NCBI RefSeq assembly: GCF_004010195.1
Contig: NC_057711.1
Span: 77,474,341 to 77,538,340, forward strand
DNA: 64,000 nt
Reading direction: 5' to 3'
From: Chiloscyllium plagiosum
Lineage: Eukaryota
A program made the translations under genes and the position numbers. The notes under the pieces are model-generated. The model had not been told where the DNA came from and did not search any database. It saw only the letters and a list, made by a program, of their open reading frames with translations. Positions 1-13,057 of the stretch are shown one piece after another; the first letter of the stretch is position 1, and each line of letters starts with the position of its first letter.

Positions 1-196
1 TATCAGGCACAAATTCTCTACTCCAATTGACAAATAAATTGGAAATGGTATAGATTGCAACACCAGTCTTGGGGAATTTATTTAATTTTTGCTTAATACC
101 ACAGCTTCCTTATTCTCCTGCCAATTTCTTATTCAGTTCCAGGATTTTTAATTGGGTTCCTACCACTTTAAGATTTTGTATCAGCTTTCCATCAGT

Positions 197-540
197 AACA
201 ACAACAACTTGCATTTATAAAGAACTTCACAGAGAGAAAAAAAATCGAAGATGTTTCAGAGAATGTTTGTTGAATCAAAGATTTAGGGATGAAATTCCAG
301 GAAGAAAGATTTAGGGGTGAAATTCATGGAAGAAAGGTTGAAGGATGAAATTCCAGAGGCCAGAGCATAACGTACATAGAAAGGAAAGGGTGAGGTCATC
401 AAGGTTGTTAAACATGAAGATAAGAATTTAGACTTGATAGGTATGGGGCCCAGCAGTAAATGAAGATCAGCAAGAACTGAATGTGTGATGTGATATCAGT
501 ATGAGAGTTCGGGATAAGCGGAAATCTTTTGGAAGATACA
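197..540 (-). mobile_element. Degenerate L2-type LINE 3' end
   Basis: Begins acaacaacttgcatttata and contains gaaattccag blocks typical of reverse-strand L2 tails; a similar tract occurs at 49330-49740. Confidence 0.4.
277..356. repeat. 28-bp tandem repeat, about 3 imperfect copies
   Basis: aaagatttagggatgaaattccaggaag-like units start at 277, 305 and 333. Confidence 0.85.
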
Positions 541-1962
541 GAACATTTTCAAAGATAAGGGGGCAAAATAAAATCTAATTTGCCTGTTTCTTCAGGCAAA
601 TGGGTCAAAAAGAACCAGTTTCTGAAAATGCACTCATGTTATTTTTAGTCAGGCAAAGTTTAAGAGTTCCAGGCAACTACCCCATTCAGGCTTTAATCAC
701 CATGACAACTGTTTCATAAGCCTCTGCCAAAATGCAGAGAATTCATCGTTTTCTTCCTATTGACCAAGTTTTTAGTTACCCTTCCTGATATTCTGCCAGT
801 TATGCACCTCTCAATTTCTCATGTTTCAACAGCATTTCTGAAAGGAGGCCACTAATAAACAGCAGGATACAAACAGGTGGGTTTATGGTGGATCACAATA
901 AATAAAAAAGAAACTCAGCAAGTTGGAAACAGATGATGATCACAGTGCCTTGATGAAAATTACACAACCAGGAGGGGAGCAGTTGCTAGGTTTTGTCACC
1001 GTTGTTCTCCGTAATATGGAATTTGATTTATATGAATATATGTATACATCCTTATCATAGCAAAAGAAATGTTTTTTTTCACAATCCTAACTAACATAAA
1101 TTACCTGGATTCAAAACTCAATTTGAAGATGAAAGCAAATTAAGGGGGAGTGTGGAAATGGAAGAGGCAGCACAGATTTTAAAGAATGAATTGCTCAATT
1201 TATGTAAGTGGGACAAGCAACAACAGATGAAAATTAATGCAGATAAATGTAGCATGTTAAAGGCAAATAGACCACAAGTGTACTGTGTAATTGGGGTTTA
1301 AATATGTAAGGATGAGATTGAAAAAGACTTAAGAATTTTAATTAACTTAGCAGGAAAGCATGAGCTGGGTCTTTGATTGAAATTAGGGCCAGTAGGGTAA
1401 ATCCATCGGAAGGAAGAGTGAGCAGGCCAGTTTCTGGACTATTGCTGAGATGGGACCATTAGTGACTAAGAGTGGAGTTTGGTTATAACCTCAAAATAAT
1501 GTGGGACAAAATTGGGGAATCAGGCATAAAAAAAAGACATTGGAACATAGGACTTATGAGCAGGAAGAGGCCATTCAGCCCTTTGAGTTTGCTCCATCAT
1601 TCAAGAGGATAATGGCTGATCTCACTGTGGTCTGAATTCTGCTTTCCACTTAATACAATTGAGATAACATGCAACTACTCAGACAAAATTATCAGTCACA
1701 GTTACCAGTATCAATATGGAGTCACAGAATGCCTGCAAGAAAGAAGGAGGTCATTTGATCTGTCATGTCATGCCATTTCTCAGCAAGAGCAACTTGACTC
1801 CCAACCTTTTCAACATAGGCCTATACATAAGATTTCTTCAGATAATTATCCATTACCCTTTTGAAAGGTGTAAATAAATCTGCCTCCACTAAACTCTCAG
1901 CAATACATTCCATATCCTAACTAGTTGTTACATTAAAAAAAAAAATTCTCATTTCACTGTCA

Positions 1963-2687
1963 TATAGAGTCATACAGCATGGAAACAGATCTTTCAGTCC
2001 AACCAGTCCATGCCAAACATAATCACAAACTAGACTAGACCCACCTGTCTGCTCCTGGCCCATATCCCTTCAAACCTTTCCTATTCGTGTATTTATCCAA
2101 ATGTCTTTTAAACATTGTAATTGTACCCACATCCACTACTTCCTCAGAAAAGTTCATTCCAAATGTGAACTACCTTCTGTATAAAACACTTGCTCCTCAT
2201 GGCTTATTTAAATATCTCTCTTCTGACCTTAACAATGTGTCTCCATCATAGGAAAACACAGCTACCATTAACCCTACCTATACGCCTCATTATTTTGTAA
2301 ATTTCCAGAATGTCATTTCTCAACCTCCTATGCTCCATTGAAAAAAGTCCCAACGTCTCCTGCCTTTCTTTATAACTCAAACCTTGCAACATTTTAAATG
2401 TCAACATCCTGGTAAATCTCTTCTGAACCATCTCGAACTTAATAATATCCTTCCTATAACTGGGCAACCAGAACTGGACACAATATTCCAGAATCATTAC
2501 TTACCAATGTCCTGTACAACCTCAACATGACTTGCTAACTCCTATACTCAAAGGACTGAGCAATGAAGGCAAGCGTGCAAAATGCCTTCTTAACCACACT
2601 GTCTGTATTTAACCGAAACTTCAAAGAATTATGTACCTGAACCCCTAGGTCCCTCCAGTCTACAACACTACCCAAGGACCTACCATT
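1963..2687 (-). mobile_element. CR1-clade LINE (HER1-like) 3' fragment
   Basis: ORF 2246-2497 reads LEYCVQFWLPSYRKDI..VQKRFTRM..LGLFSMEHRRLRND (CR1 ORF2 C-terminus); 3' tail matches 43100-43176. Confidence 0.92.
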
Positions 2688-2689
2688 AG

Positions 2690-4548
2690 TATTAAAGGTT
2701 TGGTTGGTGAAGAATTTGTCAAATGTGTTCAGAGAATTTTGTTTCTGGTGGAGTGAAAGGTGGTAAGATTAGCAAACAATAGTTGAATAAAGATATTGAG
2801 GTTCTAGTCAAGAATAAAAGAGAGTTTTATATTAGATAGAGACAACTAGGTTCAAATGAATCTCTTAATTAACATAAAAAGCATAGGGCATTCTTAAGAG
2901 GGAAATCAGGAAGGCAAAGATGGGATATAAGATAAGGTTAAGAATAATCCAAAGAGATTCTACAAATACATTAAGATCAAGAGGGTAACTAGAAAGAGGG
3001 TAGGGCCCCTTAAAGATCAAGGAGGTTGTCATTGTGTTGAGCCCTGGCAGATGGGAAAAATACTAAATTAATATTTTGCATCAGTTTTTACTGTGGAGAA
3101 AGAAATGGAGGCTGAAGAATGCAAATGAATAATTCCTGATGTTTTAGAAACAGTTCATATTATAGAAGAGGAAGTTCTGGACATCTTAGAGAATATAAAA
3201 GTGGATAACTCTCTGGGACCTGATCTAACGTATCCCAGAAACTTGTGTGAACTTCCTTCAGGAGAACAGTGACCATCACGCCACACAGCTCTGCCATGAC
3301 AACCTCTGCAAGACATGACAGATCATTGATATGGATACTGGCATGACATGTGGGAACACCATCCACGACATGCACAGTATGTATTCATGTGACTTGGCCA
3401 ATGTTGTCTCCCTCCTATTCTGCAGGAAAGAATGCCCTAAGGCATGGCATATTGGCAAGACCATGTAACCGTTATTACAACGGATGAATGGATACCACAC
3501 AACAATCACCAGGTAGGAGAGTTCCCTCCCAGTTGGGGAACACTGCAGCAGTCCAGGACATTCAACCTCCAATCCTTGGGTAAGCATCCTGTAAGACAAC
3601 CTTCAAGATGTGACAACATAGAATCGCCAAGCAGAAATTGATAACTAAGTTCCATACTCATGAGGATGGGTTCATGTTGTGCTACATGTAACCCCACCAT
3701 ACTGTGCTGTGTTTGTAAAATCTTCCTTACTATTCTGTTTTGATACCATTACCTTGGTTACTTGTTGTTATCTCTACTTTAATTAGTTTGTAGAGTTTTT
3801 GATTACTTGTTTCTTTGGTTAGACGTTCATTATACGACTCTTATCCAGTCATTTAGTTGTCTCCAGCACCATCTTATTTTTGATTATTTGTAATTATCTC
3901 ACTGCTTTATTCATCAGTTCATAGGTCATCCCTTCGCTTGTTATTCAGCTGGTGACACTTTATTCACAACATTTAACACTTTTGATCACTGGCAAAGACT
4001 TGTTACTCAGCCTGTCAACACTCCACTCACACTATTTGGACTCATCTGTTGATGCTCTTAATCCCTAGAATTATCTTGTCATTATCTCTCTGACTATATG
4101 TTCTGTGCCTGTGCTCTTCCCTCCGCTTCACATAGCGAAAGAGCAATACTATGAAAGCTTGTGATTTTAAATAAACCTGTTGGACTATAACCTGGTGTCG
4201 TGTGATTTCTGACTTTGTCCAATCCAGTCCAACATTGTCATCTCCACGTTGGGGAAAGTAAGGGTGGAAAATGCCAGACCCCTTGCAGAAATATTTTCAT
4301 CATCTCTAACTATGGGTGAGGTACCTGATGACTAGAGTTTGGCTAATGTTGTACCTTTGTTTAAGAAATGTTATAAGGAGAAATGAGGGAACTATGGACC
4401 TGTGAGTCTGACTTGGATTGTGGGTAATTTATTGGAGATGATTTTGAAAGATAGGATTTATGGACATTTAGCAAGGCAAAAATTGATTAGGGATAGTCAG
4501 CCTAATTGTGCAAGGAAAATCATCTCTCAGGAACTTGATTGAGTTTGG
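2690..4548 (+). mobile_element. CR1 ORF2 middle fragment, split by a Penelope-like insertion (CR1 parts about 2690-3249 and 4250-4548)
   Basis: Colinear with the 41372-41940 copy: cccagaaacttgtg stops at about 3249 and ccccttgcagaaatattt resumes after 4250. Confidence 0.88.
3250..4248 (+). mobile_element. Penelope-like element family B, 3' part: decayed GIY-YIG endonuclease plus pseudo-LTR
   Basis: Translates as CHDNLCKT..YSCDLANVVSLLFCRKECPKAWHIGKT..RMNG..LPVGEH (PLE GIY-YIG, with stops); ends in the aaataaacctgttggactataacctggtg tail shared with the 6465, 18681 and 46148 copies. Confidence 0.88.
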
Positions 4549-4580
4549 GAGATCACCTTAAATCATGGTTCTCTGATCCT

Positions 4581-5590
4581 TAGAGTCAGAGAGTCATAAA
4601 GATGTACAGCATGGAAACAGACCCTTCAGTCCAACTTATCCAAGCCGACCAGGTATCCAAACCCAATCTCGTCCCAACAGCCAGCACCTGTCCCATATCC
4701 CTCCAAACCCTTCCTATTCATATAACCCTTCCAGATGTCTCTTAAATGCTGTGATTGTACTAGCCTCTACCACCTCCTCTGGCAGCTCATTCCATACACG
4801 TACCACACTCTCACCCTTTCCCCTCTCACCCTAAACCTATGCCATCTAGGTGTGGATTCCCCCACCCCAGGGAAAAGACTTTGTCTATTTATCCTACCAA
4901 TACCCCTCATGATTTTATAAACCTTGATAAGGTCACCCCTCAGCCTCCGATGCTCCAGTGAAAACAGCCCTAGTCTATTCAANNNNNNNNNNNNNNNNNN
5001 NNNNNNNNNNNNNNNNNNNNNNNNNNNNNNNNNNNNNNNNNNNNNNNNNNNNNNNNNNNNNNNNNNNNNNNNNNNNNNNNNNNNNNNNNNNNNNNNNNNN
5101 NNNNNNNNNNNNNNNNNNNNNNNNNNNNNNNNNNNNNNNNNNNNNNNNNNNNNNNNNNNNNNNNNNNNNNNNNNNNNNNNNNNNNNNNNNNNNNNNNNNN
5201 NNNNNNNNNNNNNNNNNNNNNNNNNNNNNNNNNNNNNNNNNNNNNNNNNNNNNNNNNNNNNNNNNNNNNNNNNNNNNNNNNNNNNNNNNNNNNNNNNNNN
5301 NNNNNNNNNNNNNNNNNNNNNNNNNNNNNNNNNNNNNNNNNNNNNNNNNNNNNNNNNNNNNNNNNNNNNNNNNNNNNNNNNNNNNNNNNNNNNNNNNNNN
5401 NNNNNNNNNNNNNNNNNNNNNNNNNNNNNNNNNNNNNNNNNNNNNNNNNNNNNNNNNNNNNNNNNNNNNNNNNNNNNNNNNNCTGTACTCAATATTCTGA
5501 CCAATAAAGGAAAGCGTACTAAATGCCTTCTTCACTATCTTATCTACGACTCCACTTTCAAGGAGCCATGAACCTGCACTCCACAGTCTT
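4581..5590 (-). mobile_element. CR1 LINE 3' fragment spanning the assembly gap
   Basis: LNRLGLFSLEHRRLRGDLIKVYKIMRG on one side of the gap and VDKIVKKAFSTLSFIGQNIEY on the other. Confidence 0.92.
4983..5482. other. Assembly gap (500 N)
   Basis: Run of N. Confidence 1.
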
Positions 5591-5929
5591 CCAATAATGG
5601 GGACAATATCTCCTTTCAATTCTGTCTAGAACCCTCATGATTTTGATGCCTTGAACAGCTCTCAATCTTCTTTTCTTCAAGTAGAACAACCCATCTTCTC
5701 CAAACTATCCAGGTAACTGAAGTTGTTTAGCCCTTACCATTTACATTCATCTCTTCTGCAACCTCTCTAATATCTTTATATTCTTTCTGAGGTATGATAC
5801 TCAAAATTGGACACAGTAGTGCAATTAAGGCCAAACCAGTGTTTCAGACATGTTTATCATAATTTTCTTACATGAATGACTAATTTCTTGAAATTTATAT
5901 TGCCCTCACCATATAACTGGAGTTCCCCT

Positions 5930-6135
5930 TCAAACCACTCATCATCCTAACTTGGAAATAGATTGCTGTTCTTTCAATGCCACTGGATCAAAATCCAGGA
6001 ACTCCCTCCCTCACAGCATTGTAGGCCTACCACTGTATCAAATGAACTGCAGCACAAAACCACCTTCTTAAGGACAGTTAATGGGCGATATATGCTGGCC
6101 AGCTAATGATGCCTACATCTCAAGAGTGAAATCAA
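5930..6135 (+). mobile_element. 3' end of a second CR1/L2-type LINE (family B)
   Basis: Tail atgggc..atgctggccagc..gatgcc.acatc matches 11550-11600. Confidence 0.65.
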
Positions 6136-6464
6136 TTTTAAAAAATTGTACTTTAAAAACATAAATTTTAATGAAAAACTAGATATTTACTTTTTCAGAC
6201 TCACTAGGATGATACAGACTTTCTAGCATGTCCCCCATTTAAGTTTACCCTTTTGCTGCCTTCTTGCAACATTTTAAATGCAAACACTCGCACACTCTCC
6301 CAAGATGTTCACAAACTCAGCATCTCGCTGGAGATTCTAAGCAAATTGTTGTGAGAAACCAGTACATAAATAAATGCTGTTCTACCTAGTGGGGTGAGAT
6401 CAGCAGCTTTGGCTTAAGGTGTATAAATCTTGAAAGAGCAGCAACACCAGCATGTTTCACAAAG

Positions 6465-6625
6465 TCAAAAGTCACATACCACCAGGTTAAAATCATAAAC
6501 TCGTCACCTGACAAAGGGACAGCGTTCTGAAAACTTATGATTTCAAATAAAGTTGTCGGACTATAACCTGGTGTCATGTGACTTTTGACCTTGTCCACCC
6601 CAGTCCAACACTGAAACTTCCACAT
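6465..6625 (+). mobile_element. Short PLE family B copy with inverted 5' stub and decayed hammerhead
   Basis: 14-bp TSD catgtttcacaaag at 6451-6464 and 6626-6639; the 5' stub is an inverted copy of taacctggtgtcatgtgacttttgac. Confidence 0.88.
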
Positions 6626-7729
6626 CATGTTTCACAAAGGCAGCAAAATAGGCTCACTTGAATCTGGATGACTAATAATTGAAATGTTTATCTGAGTTCC
6701 AATACTGAGTTAGGTAGTGCCCATATTTTTGACATTACAGTTGCCTTTTCATCTTCAATGCTGTGCATACATCTTTCAGCTGCAGAAAATTCTTTGTCTT
6801 GGTCGTAAGTACAGATGTTGCAAATGTGTGGCAGAAGCATACAGTTTGGCTGATATCAGTCATCTCACCACGTTGATTTGACTCCATCAGTGCCATTTCA
6901 AATTCAATGCCTCAGCGAATGCACTGTCTTAATTACACTAAGCAACAAGAAGGGCCATGCTACCATTGGCATCTAAGGCAATCATCAACTTTCAGATTAG
7001 TTATTGATTGCTTCCTATCATTTTTGTTCATAGAATAGTTTGAGGTTTTTACACTATTTGTACATTATTTAATGTGATTGATGTGCATATGGGATGGTAT
7101 TGAATGTGGTGAAATCCTTGTGTTTTCATGCTGGGTTCTGCTTTGATTGTGAGAATGTGCAGCAGTTACTCAGAGGAGGTCAAACTGCTTAAAGTGGGAG
7201 GAAGTGGATTCAGAGAAGGGCTATCGGTACAAATCCCAGGAGATTTAGGAAGAAATGTTATGACCTCATTCTAATCCAGGAACTGGATATGTGATGTCTC
7301 CATTCCACTAACAATGTTCTCGCTGAAATCTGCTGCATGTTATAGGCTGACTTGTAGCCACTGAGCGGGGTAAGTGTGGCATGTCAGCATCTGGAAATAT
7401 GCCTCCAGCCATAAATTTTTCATTTTGGGTTTCTTCCATAAAAGAGCAGGGGTTATCACCAAAATCTCACAGTTTGCTGTTCAATGAGAGAGTTGACTGA
7501 CATTCTAATAGAAAAAGAGGGCAAAATGTTAGAGTCTTTATTTTCAGAGAAAATCAGTAAATGTGAGCCTATGGCTTTGACAGGATACCAGGCTCCCCAG
7601 TGGTTCAGGTTGCACAGATATTCCTTTGTGTGTGTCTCATCTACATTCAGAGATGTCCCCTGCCCACAAAGGGCTTTACTCCTTCAATGTTCAGCAGCTT
7701 AAGGGCATGAGGTCACTGGACACATCATC

Positions 7730-7822
7730 CAGAGTCAAGAGTGTGGTGCTGGAAAAGCACAGCAGGTCAGGCAGCATCCCAGGAGCAAGAGTGTTGATGT
7801 TTTTGGCAAAAGCCCTTCATCA
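7730..7822 (-). mobile_element. Short PLE family A copy
   Basis: gtgtggtgctggaaaagcacagcaggtcaggcagcatcc..agcccttcatca; homology stops at the hammerhead CUGAUGA box. Confidence 0.85.
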
Positions 7823-7829
7823 ACCTATC

Positions 7830-8146
7830 ATCCGGAGTCCGAGGCTTATGTTCTGGGGACATGAGTTTGAATTCCAACATAGCAGATGGTGAAATTTGAA
7901 TTCAGTAAAAGAAGTTCCAAAATAACTTTAAGAGTCTGATGGTGATCATGTAACCACTAATGACTATTGTGGTGACCATCCAATTCTGTAACGTCCTATG
8001 GTGGAAATAAGTTTTCCATCCATGCCTGGACTAGCCTATAGGTCACTCCAGACCAACAGCAATGTGATTGACTCTACATTGCCCTTCATTGAGCCATTAG
8101 GAATGCCTAGCCAGTGAAATCCACATCTCATGGGCAAATAAAAAAG
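7830..8146 (+). mobile_element. tRNA-derived SINE sharing its 3' tail with LINE family B
   Basis: B-box-like gagtttgaattcc; body shared with the 12554, 51295 and 54300 copies; tail gcctagccagtga..cacatctcatg. Confidence 0.75.
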
Positions 8147-8599
8147 AAGTTGGTGTGTGATCCTATTCAGCAAATTAAGTGGCCAATGATTATGAACTGT
8201 ATTAGTCTGCAGTGTCATCGGCATTTCAGCCACTAGGAGAGACTAGAAGGTGACTGCTGGATGACATTGTTTAACTGCTGACCTTGTAACTCATGAATAC
8301 ACAATCTATGTACAGCAACAGCATGCATTAACAAGAGTTTTGCTGGCACATGAACTATCATCAAGCAGACCACTGGAGTGCTTCAGCAATGGTCCTGCTG
8401 CCGAGGTTGTTCTAGAAGAGCAAAATACTGAAATAAATGTTGCCACAAACATTCCATGATGACTTTATCAAAACAATTATCCACCTTTCCAGACAAAATT
8501 CACCTTTGCGCATTCTATCAATTTCATTCATGTGTTTTTCATTGGTCTAGTGATTTGAGTGCATTGCTACAACAGTGGCCTCTGCTTGGCTGGCAGAAA

Positions 8600-9070
8600 A
8601 TTGCTGACTTTCATGAATGATACTACAGATAATCTTAGAAAATGGCCGAATGCAGAACCATCCCTTGAAGACCTGGCTTTGGATTGCAATGTTAAAGTGG
8701 GTGGAAGCAATCCTGGATGACTGACGGGTAACAACAAACTGGCACTGCAACAAGGTGAATGTTGTGATCCTGAGGAAGAAGCACAACTTTGTGCTCCGTG
8801 GAGCCACTGCTACTCTCTGTGTGGTGCCTCAGCAATCTTGATAATCTCCAGGAGGACAAATCATTTTATGACTTTGAAATTCTGCAAGCTCTTGAGAACT
8901 GGCATCAGGAGTTCTGATGGTAGTAGTCTCAGCTTGCATGCCAACTAGCTGCATTTGCTCCTCAATGAGCTAAATTTCCGTGACTGCAGTTTAAGTTTCC
9001 ACTGAAGTACTTAGTTCTTGCAAAGCTTGTTCTTCGTTTACGGAGGCCAGGGCATTGACCAGCAGATGCT
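8600..9070 (-). pseudogene. Probable C-terminal remnant of the Harbinger partner (Myb/SANT) ORF, convergent with the transposase
   Basis: Decayed coding-like minus-strand tract directly after the transposase end; no diagnostic motif, assigned by position. Confidence 0.3.
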
Positions 9071-9244
9071 GTATTGTTGTTTAAATCTGAAAGCGTTTTA
9101 ATGTTGAACCCCACTTCTAGCAAAGTACTGTGTAAAATTGGTGTTGTAGTTCACCATGGTTATTGTCAATGATATTTTGGCTTTATGATATGCTAACCAA
9201 TCAACAAACCATTTCTGTGGGCATATCTATCATCTTTTTCTTCA

Positions 9245-9600
9245 CCTGATACCTGCACTACGTAATACTCCATTAGAGATGTCACAGAATGTTGCTTTGC
9301 CAAAGGGAATATCTTTTGGTCGGGATGTTATGCCAAGGCCCTAGTTATGTTTCCAGATATACCTAAACACATTATTTTGGAAAAGAGCAGTGGAATTATC
9401 ACTGACGTTTAGGCAAAATTTGAGTCCCACAGTTTATATCACAAAAATCTGATTATCTGGTCATGATTATATTTCTGTTTGTGGGAGTTTCCTGTTGACA
9501 AACTAGGCGTCATGTTTCTTGACAGCGATTACCCTTCAAATATAATCCTTTGGCAGTAAAATTCTTTGACATATCTGGTGGAAAGCAAGCTATATAAAGT
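9245..9600 (+). mobile_element. Deu-domain SINE (SacSINE1/AmnSINE1-like)
   Basis: aagagcag..gattatctggtcat..ctgtttgtgggag..cttcaaa..gctatataaa resembles the Deu core plus an L2-type tail. Confidence 0.7.
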
Positions 9601-10559
9601 CCATCAGCTTTAAAAATGTGTTTTTTTAACATTGTGAATATAATGCATGTACATTTCCAGTCTTAATTTTTCATTTAAAAAATGGGAAATAAGAAGTGGG
9701 GGCTATTCTCAAATTTAGGTGGAAGCCAGTTTCTACCAATTGTTTTTGTTAAATCTGAAGAAGGGTTCTGGTCTAATTATTCTGGATATTCAAAGGAAAG
9801 TTGGTAAATTCACTTGAAGTAACCCCACACATACATTCACCCTGTCTAGAATTAACTCTGTATGACTAAGTTTCTTTCAAAATTGTAATTCAGGATTCAC
9901 TTTTTGCTTACCTTCCCCTATTCTGTACTTTCTTAAAGGAGGCTTTTTTATAAGGAATTAGCAAATCTTAACAAATAAATTTGTTCCTCAGTTTATTTAC
10001 CATTCATTTTGTTCAGCTCACATCTACTTCTTCATTAACATTAACATGGTGAAGAAATTATGCTCATGACCATAGCATTACCTTTGACCACATTTATTTT
10101 TGCTGTTTTTAAACTGTAAAACCCATCCACCTGGACTAAATAGAGTGACATAAAATCCACCCCAGGTGAAATATTTGTGGTTTACAGACACAATGAAAGG
10201 TGTCAAGGAGATGATTTTTCTTTCAAGCTAGTCACACCTGTTATCAGTGTCCAAGTTGCAATAATAAACCAAAATATTTGCAAATCTTTACAAGCAATCT
10301 GGAAGACTTAGCCTATACCTCAGGGCTAATGAAGTAGTACAACTCTAAGATTACAAAACAGACAGGATGATGAAAGAGTCACAGTGGACTATTCAATTGC
10401 AAAATGTTTATTACAGAAAGTTTTAACCAGCACAAAAATCAACATGCATTAATACAACCTTTAATATGTTATTTTATCTTATTTCCAGCTTTTCCTTTTT
10501 CATCTAAAGGCAATGTTTATTGTGTCTTTTGATGAGTTAGAGAAAAATTAGATGTGAGT

Positions 10560-12525
10560 AGTGCAGATCGTGTTGTACATATGCACTTTAAAAAAAAGTT
10601 GATAAAGTACCAGGTATTAGATTTATTAACAAAACTGAAACTCATGGGACTAAAAGTACAGAAACAGCATGGGAACAAGATTGGTTCAGGAACAAGAAAT
10701 GGGAGTTATGGTGACTAGCTGCACTTTGGATTGGAGGAAGGTATAGAATGGAGTGGTATATGATTTACAATGGTACAATACAATTGGAAGCTTCAGTATG
10801 AAGACATCTGTGTCCAGTCAGTGCAATAAGACATGGATAACATCCAGGCTTAGGCTGTTAAGTAGCAAATAACATTTTTGCCATGTAGGTCATAGGCATG
10901 ACTATCTCCAACAAGAAAGAATATAACTATTACTCCAGATGTTCAATCGTTTCACCATTGCTGAATCCCAATCTGTCAAAATCCTGGGTGTTGCCATTGA
11001 CCAGAACTGGCCTGGACTAGCCATACAAAAACTGTGACTACAACAGCAGATCAGAGGTTAGGGATGGTGCATGTGTAACTTATCTCCTGTCTCCCCAGTG
11101 CCTGTGCACCATTTACAAGGCATAAGCTAGGGGTGTGATGGATTTCTCAACATTTGCCTAATAAGTGCAACCCCAATAACACTCAAGAAACTTGACACAT
11201 TCAGAACAAAGCAGCCCAGTTGATTAGCATCCTAACTAACATCTTCAACATTCAGTCCCTTCATCACTGATGTAAAGTGGCAGCTGGGTGTATTACCTAT
11301 AAGACACACTGTAGAAATTCACCAAGGCTCCTCTGACAGCACCCTTGATATCTAGCACCTGAAGGATAAGGACACCAGATGCATGTGTAGAAGCACATAG
11401 CAGCAGCATGAGACGCCAGCAGCTCCCCTTCACTGTCACCAGGAAATATCCCAGAAACCCCCCTCCTAGCAGCAATCTGGGTGCCCCGACATCCCAGAAA
11501 TGACAGTCTTTCAAAAGGCAGGTCATTGCCACCTTCTCCAGAGCAATTAGGGATGGACAATAAATGCTGGCAAAGCCAATGATGCTCAGATCCCATGAAC
11601 AAATTTTAGAAAAAATGATAACTGCTTGTTTTATGTATATGGACGACTGCTACAAGGGGAAACCTGCAGATAACACAAAATGTGGAAGTAAACACAGAAG
11701 AACAATGTACATTGGCTTCAAGAGTACACAGACTGTCTGGTGAAATGGAAAAACAAACCATATAAAATTTAATGCAAGAATAATGTATGTGATGTATGTG
11801 CAGAAACAATACTTGCTAAATGATACAATTTTAATGATAACATGAAAAGAGGGAATCCTGAGGATGGTTCTGCACTTTCAAGGTGGCAAATAGTTTAACA
11901 AAGAAATTAATCAAGAATAAGGAATCCTGAATTTTATAAATAGGGTCATAGAAATAAAAGCCTGTAGGGGGTATGTTATAATAACCTAAATAAAACACTA
12001 ATTCGGTCCCATTATGAGACTGGAGTCAAATTGGGGTGCCATGATTTAGGAGGACATCAAGATTTTGAAGAAGGTAGAGAAGACATTTACTAGAATAATT
12101 CCACAAATGCAGGGTTATAGCTATTTAGATAGGAAAGTGAAACTTGGAACAGACAAAGTGAAAAGAATACTTAAGGGAGGTAGTTAAAATCATGGAGTGT
12201 TTAGGTCGAGTAGGTAATGAGAAATTGTTTTCACGGTTGAAGGGCCAACAGCACGAGGGTTCAGATTTAAGACAATTGGCTAAAGAAACAAAAACAACAT
12301 GAGATAAACCTTTCATAAAAACATGTCTGGTTAGGATTTGGAATACACCACCTATGGAAAAGAATCCACAGTGACATTCAGATGTTAATTGGATAAATTT
12401 AAGAGAGATAACATTATTGGAATATAGGATTTAGATAGTGGAACTAAATGCATCATTCTTTTAAATGGCTGGCATGGGTAGAATAGTCTTCTGTACTTTG
12501 TGCTGTATTTTTCTTTGATTCTATA
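10560..12525 (+). mobile_element. Old, highly decayed CR1 (parts about 10560-10760 and 11620-12525) hosting a LINE family B insertion
   Basis: Degenerate similarity to the 41980-43170 region on both sides of the insert. Confidence 0.65.
10790..11610 (+). mobile_element. CR1/L2-type LINE family B, RT C-terminal region and 3' end
   Basis: DMDNIQA*A..ILGVAIDQ..TIYKA*ARGVM..TLKKLDT; tail gggatggacaataaatgctgg. Confidence 0.82.
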
Positions 12526-12553
12526 GAAGCAGCTCATTGGTATTTGATGATAG

Positions 12554-13057
12554 AGGAGATGATGGTCTCATGGTATTATCACTGGACTGTTAATCCAGAG
12601 ACCCAGAAAATATTCCGGGGACTTAGGTTCAAATCCTGCCATAGCAGATGATGGAATTTGAATTAAAAAAATAAAATAAATCTGGGATTTAGAGTTTAAC
12701 AATGGCTATGACACCATTGGCTTAGAGAGGGTGGACGCTAGGAAATTGTTTCCATGGACACAGCCTTAGAATTAGAGGGGGTAAATTCAGAACAGAAATG
12801 CGGAGACATTTCTTCAGCCAGAGAGTGGTGGGCCTGTGGAATTCATTGCTGCAGAGTGCAGTGTCTTCAAGGCAGAAATTAATAAATTCTTGATGTCACA
12901 AGGAATTAAGGGCTATGGGGAGAATGCGGGTAAGTGGAGTTGAAATGCCCATCAGCCATGATTGAATGGCGGAGTGGACTCGATGGGCTGAATGGCTTTA
13001 CTTCTGCTCCTATGTCTTATGGTCTTATGGTCTTATTGCTGATTGTCAGGAAAAAAA
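12554..13057 (+). mobile_element. tRNA-derived SINE (12554-12719, resuming about 13034) split by a young CR1 3' end (12720-13033)
   Basis: A-box-like tggtctcatgg and B-box ggttcaaatcc; the insert ends in (cttatggt)n. Confidence 0.8.

Larger units (their letters stand above)
7150..8500 (+). pseudogene. PIF/Harbinger DDE transposase fossil (HARBI1-like family), interrupted by two insertions
   Basis: Frame-broken motifs RAGVITKISQFAVQ, RELTDIL, AYGFDRIPGSPVVQ, HKGLYSFNVQ, G*LLDD and NKSFAGT*TIIKQTTGVLQQ occur in the order expected for a Harbinger transposase. Confidence 0.75.

Noticed and set aside
277..356. 28-bp repeats as a CRISPR-like array
   Set aside because: Head-to-tail with no spacers, eukaryotic context and no cas genes
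4767..5619. Four long ORFs (180-245 aa) in the ORF track
   Set aside because: Artefacts of translating through the 500-N gap
12554..12650. A-box/B-box sequences as tRNA genes (also 27836, 34683, 54472)
   Set aside because: They are SINE heads continuing into repeat bodies; no cloverleaf is evident
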